Source: the human T2T-CHM13v2.0 reference genome, Homo sapiens. Taken from it: 64,000 nucleotides of DNA. The notes beneath the pieces were generated by a model. That model made no database searches. It was given only the letters and a program-made list of their open reading frames with translations, and had not been told where the DNA came from. This document shows, in pieces, positions 25,605-37,470 of the stretch (position 1 is its first letter; the number at the start of each line of letters is the position of its first letter). The translations under genes and the position numbers were made by a program. The stretch lies in the NCBI RefSeq assembly GCF_009914755.1, contig NC_060927.1, one strand, 5' to 3'.

Positions 25605-26967
25605 GTATTGGTGCCCTCCATCCTCCATGAAGGGTTCTTGGTCACCTCCATTGTGATTCATCTTTGAGTAATGCTCCCATGCACTGCCTTTGCCTTGTCC
25701 TCCCCTCTGCTTGCTTCAGTGCCATCAGCTCCTGACGCGGGTGTTCTCATTCTTTCCGGACTCTGCAGCTAATGCAAATCTCCTTCACTTGGATTGCTGT
25801 TCAAATCCATATTTGTCTCTATTTTCAGAGCCCCATATGAATCCTAAAATTGCCTCTTCTCATCTGTATTTGGTGCGTTTTGCAATTCAGTCTTCTTGAC
25901 CACTTATCCATTTATTTTCTTTGACTATTCTTGGTTTTCACATGTTTGGCAGCCCTTCATACCATGACCACATTTTCCTACTTCATGAAATCTTACAGTT
26001 TCGTGTTCATGTGAAAGTGCCCCCGTTTCTGTACTTCCTCTGACACTTGGGGATTCTTGCGGACCTTTTTCTCCACTCTTAAGTTGTAACCTGTGTCTCT
26101 TCTTCCACCCCCCCTCGTTTGCCAGGCTCTTGTTCCGACCTCTTTCAGTCACATGCCTGTTACTTGAAAGGGCAGTAGAGACTGATTGTACTCTGTCCCC
26201 TCTTTACTCGGAACGTCTGTCTCATTGGTATGATCTTGATGGGCCTTTAAACCTCTTCAGGGCTCATCTTAAGATCTCTTTCTTCCCATAGTGCAGGACT
26301 CCTATTCTTATTTCACATAAAAGATAAATCTTCCCATCTGGCTCAGTGCAGCCAAGTATTCTGTAGGTCGGGTTTTCTTTAGCATCTCCCTGCATGTTAG
26401 TGTCGTGACTACCATAAACCAACTCATCCGGTGCCCATTTGCATCCTACTTGCATGGCCAGATGTGAAGCATTCCGTGTTTCTTGAATGAGGCTTTAAAC
26501 GCAGCTGTCTCCTGTGTGTAGACATGTGTGCCTGTATGTTCCTGTATGTAACCTTTTACTTACTTTGGGCCTTCTTTTCACTTCCACTTCAGCTTCTTAG
26601 TTTTGTTTTGTATATTGATATTATTTTTTCTTCTGCTTACAGTAAAGAAACATTATTCATTAGGTGAAAACATCAGCTTTTTTCATTCCGTTTTACTGAT
26701 CTTCAGATTACTTTGATTAAAGTTACAGAAATAATCCAACACTATATTTCATAAAAGACAAAAATTTTATTTTTAATCCATTTTCTGTACAGCCTCATTA
26801 TTTTAGTTGGCAAATACCATTTTAAGAATTAAGTAATTGACATAAAATTCAGCTTTATTTGTGTGATGTTTCAAAAGTTAGTTTGTATATCATCTTGTTT
26901 TTGTAGTATGGGGAATCTACTAAGAGTAGAGTTTCACTTTTCTTTCCTTTTCTGTCATTGTTTTTAG

Positions 26968-27027
26968 GAAGTGGGGATAAATGGTCAAACAAGCAACTCT
27001 TCTTGGATGCCATTCACCCTACAGAAG
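26968..27027 (+). CDS. BBX: BBX coding exon (60 nt; GSGDKWSNKQLFLDAIHPTE)
   Basis: Long pyrimidine tract plus ttag|GA; donor AAG|gtaaga. Phase 1-1. Confidence 0.95.
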
Positions 27028-27448
27028 GTAAGACAAGCAATGTTATTTAATTTGAGACAATCGGAGCTGGAAATGACATAAGTTGTATAGGTTTTTAAAA
27101 GGTATAATTTATATAGGTTTAAACAACAGCACTAGACTTATGTGTTCATAATTAGGTTATTTTTAATTTTCACATCAAAGCTGCTATTTGGGGGACTCCT
27201 GCCAAGGGTCAGGCAATGTGTCATGTGGTGTTTAATCTGTTAAAGGGCGATTTGTAACCTTTGAATCGCATTAATCAGAGATTAGAGTTTTTCATAGCTA
27301 AATGTATTCAGCATTGCAGTTCATGTTGCAGGCAGATACTTATGCCCAGTGGGAGCTGGAATAACAACCTGGTTGGCTGGGCATGGGCAGGCCTGCAGGA
27401 GTAACTTCTGACCTGGGTGTTTTCCTAGCCCATTAAAATAAACACCCC

Positions 27449-27722
27449 AGCAAGGCACAGTGGCTCACGCCTGTAATCCTAGTACCTCGGGAGGCCAAGG
27501 CGGGCAGATCATGAGGTCAGGAGTTCGAGACTAGCCTAACCAACATGGTGAAACCCCGTCTGTACTAAAAATACAAAAATTAGTTGGCTGTGATAGCGCA
27601 TGCCTGTAATCCCAGCTACTCAGGAGGCTGAGGCAGGAGAGTTGCTTGAACCCGGGAGGCGGAAGTTTCAGTGAGCCAAGATCGTACCACTGCACTCCAG
27701 CCTGGGCAACAACAACAAAAAA
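27449..27722 (+). mobile_element. AluS
   Basis: Dimeric Alu with TACTAAAAATACAAAAATTAG linker. Confidence 0.95.
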
Positions 27723-28545
27723 GAATAGAACACCCTGAGGCTTATGGGTAGCCCAAGAAAAATCCAATATTAACTAGTCATGTTATAGGTCCTAGGTGCA
27801 GATTTGATTTTGAAATTTCTCACGGCCATATTTATTTGTGACTTTATATTATTACTGTTAAGCATTGAGCCCTTAGGTGAAGCCTAATTTCTTCAATGGT
27901 TAAGAGGCCACCTCTCCCTTCTTCCTGTTGATTCTCTTTTTTTCATTGCAGATATTTTAAAAGAGCTGACATTTTTGTAGGGCTTAATTAGGAGTCACTT
28001 CATTTGAAAACTAGAAGGGATTTTAGAGATGATTTGTTTCAACTCCTTTGATTCACTTATATCCAGAAATGGGAACTTCATGACCTAGTCCACATCTTTT
28101 GACTCTCAAATATGCTATCATTCCTTTACTGAAAATGAGAAAAAAAATGCACAATTGACGTAAGTCACTTATCAGAAATATTCATGTTTTTAAGATAGCT
28201 AGCAAAAATGGTCAAGTTTGAGTTCATGTTAAACATAAGTATTTTTGATTTAGTAGGCATCATTTACATGAGCCACATCAGCTTCCGTGTCATTTTACTT
28301 TTACAGAAAACGCCAGCACTACATCTATTATCTCACTTGTTGATTCACATTCACAGCCTCTATGGAATATTCTGCTTCAGTGCTGGCAAAACAAAATATG
28401 AATTCTGCTGTTCACAGCATTAAATCCTAACATCCTCAAATTGATACATTAGCTCTTGTATATTTTAAAAATATATTCCATATAGTTTTTTTAATGTAAG
28501 GCACTGATGAACTAGCAGAAGAGTTTGAAGGACATTTAGGACCAC

Positions 28546-28585
28546 TTTACTCTTTACTTAAAATGTTTACTCTTTACTTAAAATG
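28546..28585. repeat. 20-bp tandem duplication
   Basis: tttactctttacttaaaatg twice. Confidence 0.92.
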
Positions 28586-28649
28586 ATACTGTTCTAAGTA
28601 CTTTGTTCTGTTTTTTTAAACACTGAAAACCCTACAGAGGTACCAGAGC

Positions 28650-28790
28650 AAGTGCAGTGTGGTAGAAAGAGCACTTACCTGGGAGTTAGGAAATCTGGGT
28701 TCTAGTCTCAGACCTGCCACTAATCAGCATTTTTCAGTATGACAAATTGTTTAACCTCACTAGGATTACTCTCCACATTGGTATTAAGTA
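28650..28790 (+). mobile_element. MIR fragment
   Basis: gcagtgtggtagaaagagcac...ctgggttctagtctcagacctgccacta. Confidence 0.65.
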
Positions 28791-31341
28791 CATATATAAT
28801 TTGTGTGTTTAGAGATTGGGTGAATGATGAGATGTAGTAGTACACAGACTGTAAATTCTGTTTCCCCTCTAACACTTGATAATGATTTTATTGCTCTGAT
28901 ATCTTGAGTAAGTATTGTGTTACTAGAAGTACTATATTCTGTAGCCCTAATTTTCTGCTTTTGGGGGCAGAAAAGTAAATCACTTTTGAGTCTTACAGGC
29001 AGTCCCAGGCTTTAGCAGAAATATAGTTATAATTGGTGATATTTAATTATATTTATTATTAATGTATATGAAACAACTTTTGGAGAATATGCACTGAAAA
29101 ATGCATGTCCATTGTTTAGTGTAGAGTACAAACTCATTTTATGTGGCCAGGAAAAACAGGAATCAATTTGAGCATCAGAAATTACTAGTAATTTAAAGTA
29201 ACCATTTTTGGTTTTTCATTTTCTTACTATCTCCAACATTTACTTGTTTGTGTAGTGACTATGTGCTTTGTGAGTTTTCTAGGCCTTTAATCCTCTCTCT
29301 CGTCTATGACTATATCACTGCTTATTGAAACTTCACCTTGGAGAGGGTATAAATATATGACAGAAAATATAGCAATAATATAGAATAATTTAAACATGTC
29401 TAAAATTAAAATCCTGCTCAAATGTTAGACAGGCATTGTTTGTAGCTGATGTCTTTAATAGAAATATTGAGTCAACTGATGCTATATAACTGTTCAGCTA
29501 TTCTGATTTCTTCTAAAGTAGATGACTTCAAGTTCACTGTGTTTTCTTTATACTGCCCTGTGTACAGGCACCTTGCAATCTTTCTTTTTTTTCAAAATAT
29601 CAGAAATATTTAGATGCTTAGTAATATGTTTAAATGCTAAGTTTATAATGTGTCTTAAACCCTGGGCTTTTACAATTCAAAATTGTTAAACCACTTTTTG
29701 AAATTTCGGTATATATGTATTAAAAAAAATTGTCCACAGGCTAGAATTAAAGGTAGGATTTTCAAATAAACCAAGAACACTACCTCCTACCTCTGCCACT
29801 GTGTTTATCTTTCCACCTAGTTATGGTGCCATATGCTCATGCTTTAAGCTAGAAGTTTCTAATTGCAATAATAATGATGATGATAACTAATACTTACTAC
29901 CACTTTATAGTTTACAGGGGGCTTTCATATATATGTATATATTTTTTTCAATTTCATCTTAACAGCATTCCCAGTGAATTAAGGAGGGTTTATCAGCCCC
30001 GAATACATGGTAAGGAATTATGGCCTGAGCAACACAAGCAGATAGGGAAGAAACCATATCTCCATTTAAGTACATCAGCTACTACATTTTCCGTTTTTCA
30101 TATTTGTAGACTTTTAACCCTCATTTGGTTCAAATATTGAAAATATAAATGGTATTTCACAACGGGGAAAAAAAAAACCCCAAAACCTAGGACTAGGAAT
30201 CTCTGTTAAAATTCACTTCTTTGCAGTGTATAAATCTAATTACAGGCAGGAAAATTCTGGTTTATAGTTAGATTTTCACACACGATCCACAGTGCCCAAT
30301 CTAACTCGATCTCTTTTCTTAAGTTTGAAATAGTTGCTATATAACTTCAGCAAAGTCTCCCAGGATGTTGGATAAGGCTCATTCGTTTCTTTTTCCTGTG
30401 TTCTATTCAGCATCTGACTGCTGTTTCAGCTCATGGGAGACCTACCAAAGGCAATTAGATTCCAGATCTGGCTATAATAATTTCAGTGCAAGTTTGAAAC
30501 CCCAGTTGGAATGTGAATTCATGACTCTGGAGCACTCTAGTGGCCTCATGGGGTACAATACAAGAGCAATGCTGCTTTCCCAAAAAACCTACTCCACATT
30601 TTGGGATCAGATTTTGGAAAACAAGACGGTCTCTTATTGCTACATTCCTGATGTGGCTCCAGGAGTGAGCTTGCATCATCACTCTCAGATGATACGCACC
30701 AAGTGTGTTATGGTTATTGTTTGGGTGTAAAAACTAGCCCAGTGGATTTGTTCTGAAGTGTTCGGGTAGTTTTGTGTGCTCAATTAAAAGCTGGAAAAGA
30801 AATGACTAATTTGTTTTGGAGCCACAAAGCCTTTCTTTTCTTACATTTCCATTAGGTTGCGGGTTGTCGGGAGGAACTAGCTTGCTATCTTTGTACTCAA
30901 CTTTTGTGCTTGTTTCCCTCTCTGAACTTTTTTCATCTCATGTCCCTCACCACCAAGCTTTTGTCTGCTTTGCCAATGTCGTTGGACTCAGATCTACTGT
31001 TTTGTTCCAGAAAACTACTTCTCGGATACAGTCCCATCTGCCTTCCCTAATTCTTCTGTCTTAGGGGAAGGGTCTCCCTGAGGGCTGATCCTGAAGGCTG
31101 TCCTCAGTCTAAACCACCAAACAAGACCATACGTTCTGGGGTTAACCCTTGGGTCAGAACATTAGTCTGGACCCTTATCCTCTTTCAAACTCTAGGAAGG
31201 TCACATTACATACCTTTTGCAAATGTGCATCATCTGCAGGGCCCATCATTGCATTTTGATGTAATAGTAGGTTTAGAGGAGACCTCTGGTTAATTGGCAT
31301 TACCTTCTTTTGGGGAACTTATGAGAACCTCCGACGTAGTC

Positions 31342-31367
31342 TTTTTTTTTTTTTTTTTTTTTTTTTT
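31342..31367. repeat. T26 mononucleotide run
   Basis: Directly visible. Confidence 0.95.
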
Positions 31368-33063
31368 GCCTCTTCCACTTGGTCTGCAGTCTGATTCACT
31401 CCTTTACTTTCCTCCAATATACTGACCCTTGGGACTTGGGTATTGCTGGCCTGCTTTGGGCCCTCAGGCTCTTTGCCTGCTGGTTTCTGAGCTTTCCATA
31501 GTCACAGTCTGGTTTTAGGCAGAAACTGTACCTCCATTTGCAATCAACCCTTTTGCAGCTGTGCCTTACGCTTCTTACTGTGTTTTTACCAATTCATCTG
31601 GAACAAACTAGAAAAGGAACAACTATTAAGTAGAAATGAAACCATTTGAAGGCTCACCAAACAAACAAAAACAGTGCTAGTCACAGGAGTACTGTTTCCC
31701 AGCCTATGACTCTGGAGCTGACTGGTGGTTTGTTGTTGTTGTTGCCCCTGGCCAGATCTCTGATGGTAGCCTATGTAGCAAAATTATTTTAGGGCTAGAT
31801 GGCTCCTTTAAAGCTAATACAGTCCAACCTCCATCTCTGAATGAAGAAACAGAGGCCCATGGTTGGTTGGACTGCTGTTAGTAAATTTAAAAGTCAGTAG
31901 TAGAATTCTGGTCTCTCTGTGACTGTTACTTCCATTACCCCATGGTCTCTGTGTAAAAAGCAAGTCATCTTTCCCAACCGACTTGGCCTTTTTCTGGTAT
32001 CCATGCCTTTTCATTGACCTCCTTGGTTCTTCTTTCCGCAGTCAGTTCTAATGTAAGATATGATACACCTTTCCATCTTTGGAACCCCACTATATACCCT
32101 TATTTCTACATGTTCTGTACTTTCCTGGGAAGGGGAAGTAGAAAAGGGAAGAGGTTAATGTTCTTTCTGGAATGTCCATCCACAATGTGGTTATTCTATT
32201 GGAGAGGTAAACAAGACTCCTGTAATCAGAAGGGACAGCTGATGGATCTGGATAAGAAATTCGAAATCTCGAAGCTTATGAATGTGCAATAGATGTTATT
32301 TAATGCTCATTGTAAATTCAGATTTTGGGCTTCTTTATACTTAAAGGAGGCTTTGAATTTTAAGTCTAAAATAGAATCATGCATCTTCTTTGGAGTGTTT
32401 CTTACCGAATTATTTTTTATTTTGCTGGAAGCTTTTATTGAAGTTTAAACTAAAAAAAAAAAACTTAAAATATGTACCACCACTGGCCTATGTTAAGCTA
32501 AATATCAAAGTATAAATATTCTAAGACTAAGTATAATAACTGAGTAAATTAATCCACCATTGAGGTAGATCTATTTGACCTGGGAATAGATCTGCAATCT
32601 AAAAGGAGTATGTTTTCTGACCTTTGATTACTTACTTGAAAAGGTGTTTGGGAGCATTGCCAAGTAGTTTTTTAAAACAACTGTTATCTTAAGCCTGTCT
32701 GCACACAGCCATCTGTTATGCAATATTGAGGTAAGGCCAAACCACAAATGATGGTGTGATTTCTGCTTTACATACTTTCTTTTGATGTAATTGAAATTAT
32801 TTCCCACTTGTTTAGGAATGTGAAGCCTGGAATCAGCCTTTCTTTTGAAACATCTTTTAAAGACAAGGTGCCATGATTTCCAGGACAAATAATCTTATTA
32901 ATTCATAGCCTTCTTTCTTGAGGATGTACCTAAATCCATTAAACACCTAGATTAAACATTTTAAATGAGGGCTGTGCAAGTGTTTATACCAACAAGTTCA
33001 TTTTTTCACACCCTGAGTTATTCTTGCTCTAGTTTTTTTTTCCTCTTAGTTTAGCTTTTCTTC

Positions 33064-33066
<3 letters not shown>

Positions 33067-33119
<53 letters not shown>
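33067..33119. repeat. (AT)n microsatellite, ~26 units
   Basis: Directly visible. Confidence 0.97.
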
Positions 33120-33120
<1 letters not shown>

Positions 33121-34277
33121 CTTTATTGCCAATATCTACCTTCAGATATGCCTCCTCTGGATTTAGTTTGCTTAGGGCTTGTTATGTCTGACATTAGTTT
33201 TCTGACCCACATTCTCCTTTTCTTTGTCAAAAATAATTTCTATGTCTATCCTAAGAAATTGGATAGTTAAAAATTATGAAAGTGCATCTTTTCCCGGCTT
33301 AAAAGCCCTTGGGTCACTGGAATTTCTTTAAAGTCCCAATCATAAAACTCAACTATGGTATACCCCTAAACACTTACTAAACTCATATCTACACATCTTG
33401 TCTTACTTTTAAGTTAAGGTCAGGAGGGGGTAAACTGCTAAGAAAATGAGTATGTAAGAAAAGACACAAGCTTCCCCAATCTGTGTAAACCAGGAGAAAA
33501 GTCTGTGGTACAGGTGTCTTCCTTGCTCTTGACAGAGTGACTCAGAATATAGGAGTGTGCTATCAAATGATTCATTGGGGTTACAATTAGGATACCTAAA
33601 ACTAGCCTCTCCACAAGCCAGGATGACATGTGGGACTTCATTAAATTATCTCACTAAGTGTATTCCTTGTTTTAGAATTCAGTGAATGAAAGAGAGTTTC
33701 TTTCCTTGGCGTGCTGGCTTCAACAATGTTTGTCCTGTCCTTACTGCACAGTCAATCTACATGAAAGAAAGTCAGGCCTCAATTTCTTTTCTGATCAATT
33801 CAACCTGGTGCTTAAAAGCAAATGTCCCAACCATAAATATAAATTTAAGAAGGACATATTTAATTTTAGTGTCCTCTGAAGAAATTTCTTTTACCATCCT
33901 CTCTAGGCCAACTGGCCAAAAGGATCTCTCAGATAGGGACCCTGATCACAACTAGGACATAATTTACAAGAGGACATAATTTACTCAGATTTACCTAAAT
34001 TATCGTCCCCACCAACGTGCAACACCCAGAGACTTAGAAAATGTAAAAAAGAGGGGGTGTCTTAATTCACTGCATTTAATTTATCAAAGCAAATATCAAT
34101 TGGTAGTAAACAAGTTAGGGGCAACGTTTTATTTCATTTTTTCCATCAGTACTTTGAAAACTCTGAGTGTAAATTCTCCATTCAGACGGGTCAGAAATTT
34201 AGACATGTTTCCTTCTAAGAGCAATTTTGGTGCCTTCTGTTTTTGTGCATAACTATGCATGGTATTTCCTATTTCAG

Positions 34278-34475
34278 CCATATTTTCAGAAGACAGAAAC
34301 ACCATGGAGCCTGTTCATAAGGTTAAAAATATCCCATCCATTTTCAACACTCCAGAGCCAACAACAACGCAAGAACCTTTGGTGGGCAGCCAAAAGAGAA
34401 AAGCAAGGAAAACCAAGATTACACACCTTGTCAGGACAGCAGATGGCCGGGTATCACCAGCAGGAGGTACTTTGG
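34278..34475 (+). CDS. BBX: BBX coding exon (198 nt; AIFSEDRNTMEP...AGGTL)
   Basis: Boundaries atttcag|CC and TGG|gtaaga. Phase 1-1; overlaps ORF 34259..34495. Confidence 0.95.
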
Positions 34476-34497
34476 GTAAGAAGAGAGAGCTTTAGAC

Positions 34498-35038
<541 letters not shown>

Positions 35039-36849
35039 CTTTAGACAGAGATAACCAGAGCAAGCAGATGACCACCATGTCAGCAAATGACTGTAAGCAA
35101 CTGTGGTTCCTACTGAAAAATGAGTCTATTCTGCAGCTTTCTACAGACCTCCAAACATGTTTTATTCCATGTTTAAAATCATAGCTAGTTTTCCAAGAGC
35201 ATATCTGAATTCCTAGAAAAGAAAGGTAGTTTTTAGGACTGTCATCTTCCCTTTATCTTTCTCAATGTGCACAAAAGCAATCTTAATTCCAGGAGATCCT
35301 ATACTTTTAAAGATACTAGATGAATCAGTATTTGACCATGGTCTGCTGTTCGGGTCACTACAAGCCAGATTACCAGGCATTCAAACCAGTAGATTAAGCT
35401 TAAAATGCATCCAACATTCACTTCCTATATAACTGGTTTAGACCATGCAGGGAGCCTGAGAATGCTTCTGGATTTCTTGAGTTATCTGATTTAATTCACC
35501 AACTGGTGAATTTCTCCATTTTCAATCATGGCCTGTTGTCTGTTTGCTGTTCCTGGTAGCCTCTTTGGCAGTAGAATGACCGGAGGAGCCCAAGGTAAGG
35601 GGTGTGGCCGAAGAGTGATACTGAGACCCCCCGGCCGCAAAATCTTGGAGTGCTATACCAGCTAGGTACTAGTGGCCTTGGCTGTTGCCTTTCTGCCTCT
35701 CAGCACCTCCGCAATTTTATTTTATGTGATTTGGGTTAATCTAGGTGTTAATAGAGGGGAACTGTTTGCTTAGTTAGAGGACAGTTTATGAATTTTGTGC
35801 ACTTCTTTTGTGTGTTTTGAATATTTAGATTGTTAGAAACATAGAGTATATTAAAGGCCCTGATTTTGCCCTGTCATATAAGAGAAAAAATTCAAAGAGG
35901 TGGAAGTTTTTGTTTGAGTACATTCAATACAATAGAAGTAGAATGAGGACTAACACCTAGATGTCCTGATGTTTAGCCCAGCAGTCCCCTCCCTCCTTTT
36001 CTGTCCAATCTGAGTTCTGTTCTGTGACTTTCATTTTGTAGATTGTTACATCCACATTTGTTTTCACTTGGAGGAGGAGTGAAGAAATATGAGAACAGTC
36101 CCATTTACATAGAAAAGTGTCATACCACTTTTGTGTCCTAATAGATAATATTTAAAGCTTTTATCAGTCATTTTCTATATTTACAATTTTTTTAAAACTA
36201 TGATAAAAATTTCCCTTCTCTATAATGGCTACATAAGAAAGAAAGTATACTCATTTGTAGCAGGCATACTTGCACAGCATTTCATCCACCTCTTTGTAAA
36301 GACCAGAGGGCTTTGTCTTCTCTCCAGTAGGTCTTTAGAACAAAATAACAACTTGGGCTCTCATTAGAACTGGTTAATGTGCTGTATAGGCCATCCTAAG
36401 TGTTGGTATCACAGCATACCCAATGTCCAAGTTGCCATAGTAGGGCATGCTACAGCTTCATGAGAAATGCTTAGTCAGTTGGGTTTTTAAGGGCTCTTTT
36501 ACAGCATCTACAGGCCCCTCTACAGAAGTCCCTTGGGTTTTATTTTAGCTGAGGCTCATTTTTCCTTCTCACTCCAAGACTGACCCATTCTTTGACCTCA
36601 GATAAAACACAGCTTCTCTTCAGCTCAGCCTCAGGGCACAGTGCTGTCCATAGTTGCAACTAAGCTTAATAAAAGAGCTTTGTTACTGAGGAGAAGAGAT
36701 TCTGTAAAAGCCTTAATATTCGATGGATAGCAAAAGTGAATGGTAGAGAACGTTAGCTCTTTTCATGTTGACTGGCACAGCGTTTTCTATGTCTCTTCTC
36801 TGGAGAGAACAGAGTGATCCTCTCATGATGGATTTCTCTTTTGTTACAG

Positions 36850-37036
36850 ATGACAAACCAAAGGAACAACTGCAGAGGAGTCTCCCTAAAGCAACTGAGA
36901 CAGACTGCAATGACAAATGCTCACACAACACCGAGGTCGGGGAGACGCGGAGCAGTACTCCAGAAATGCCTGCCGTGTCTGCGTTCTTTAGCCTCGCTGC
37001 GCTGGCTGAAGTGGCAGCCATGGAAAATGTGCACAG
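36850..37036 (+). CDS. BBX: BBX coding exon (187 nt; DDKPKEQ...MENVHR)
   Basis: Boundaries ttgttacag|AT and CAG|gttagt. Phase 1 to 2; overlaps ORF 36765..37163. Confidence 0.96.
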
Positions 37037-37309
37037 GTTAGTGGTAGAAGGTGGAAGGAGAAAGCAACATGGAAACCAGATCAACCTCTTTGATGTGATT
37101 TGTGACATTTTTTACAGGGCATTGGGGTTCAAACTTGGTTCAAGAGCACTATTGGTTATATGAGGTATTACAAAAGCATATATGCTAATTAGCAGTGCGG
37201 GAAAATACCAGGGAATATAGTCAGCCAAGTATTTTATTTTGAATATGTTATCCTGTGGCTAAACTTCATTTCCGTAAAAAGCCTGAGAGCAGGGAAGCAG
37301 TATTATCTG

Positions 37310-37470
37310 ACCAATGAGCTTTGGAGTCCCATTGCAGACTGAGGTTTGAGTCCTAGCTCCATCACCTGCAAACCGAAAGATCTTGACTAAGATTATTAAC
37401 CTCTCTACCCTTGGTTTTTTTCCTCTAAAAAAACAGGGGCAGGTGGCACTCATTTCACAGAGATGTTATG
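37310..37470 (+). mobile_element. MIR fragment
   Basis: gagctttggagtc...ggtttgagtcctagctcc...ttaacctctct. Confidence 0.6.

Noticed and set aside
31342-31600. T26 run as the tail of a minus-strand retrocopy
   Set aside because: No TSD, no canonical poly(A) signal at the right distance and no recognisable ORF or SINE body adjacent.
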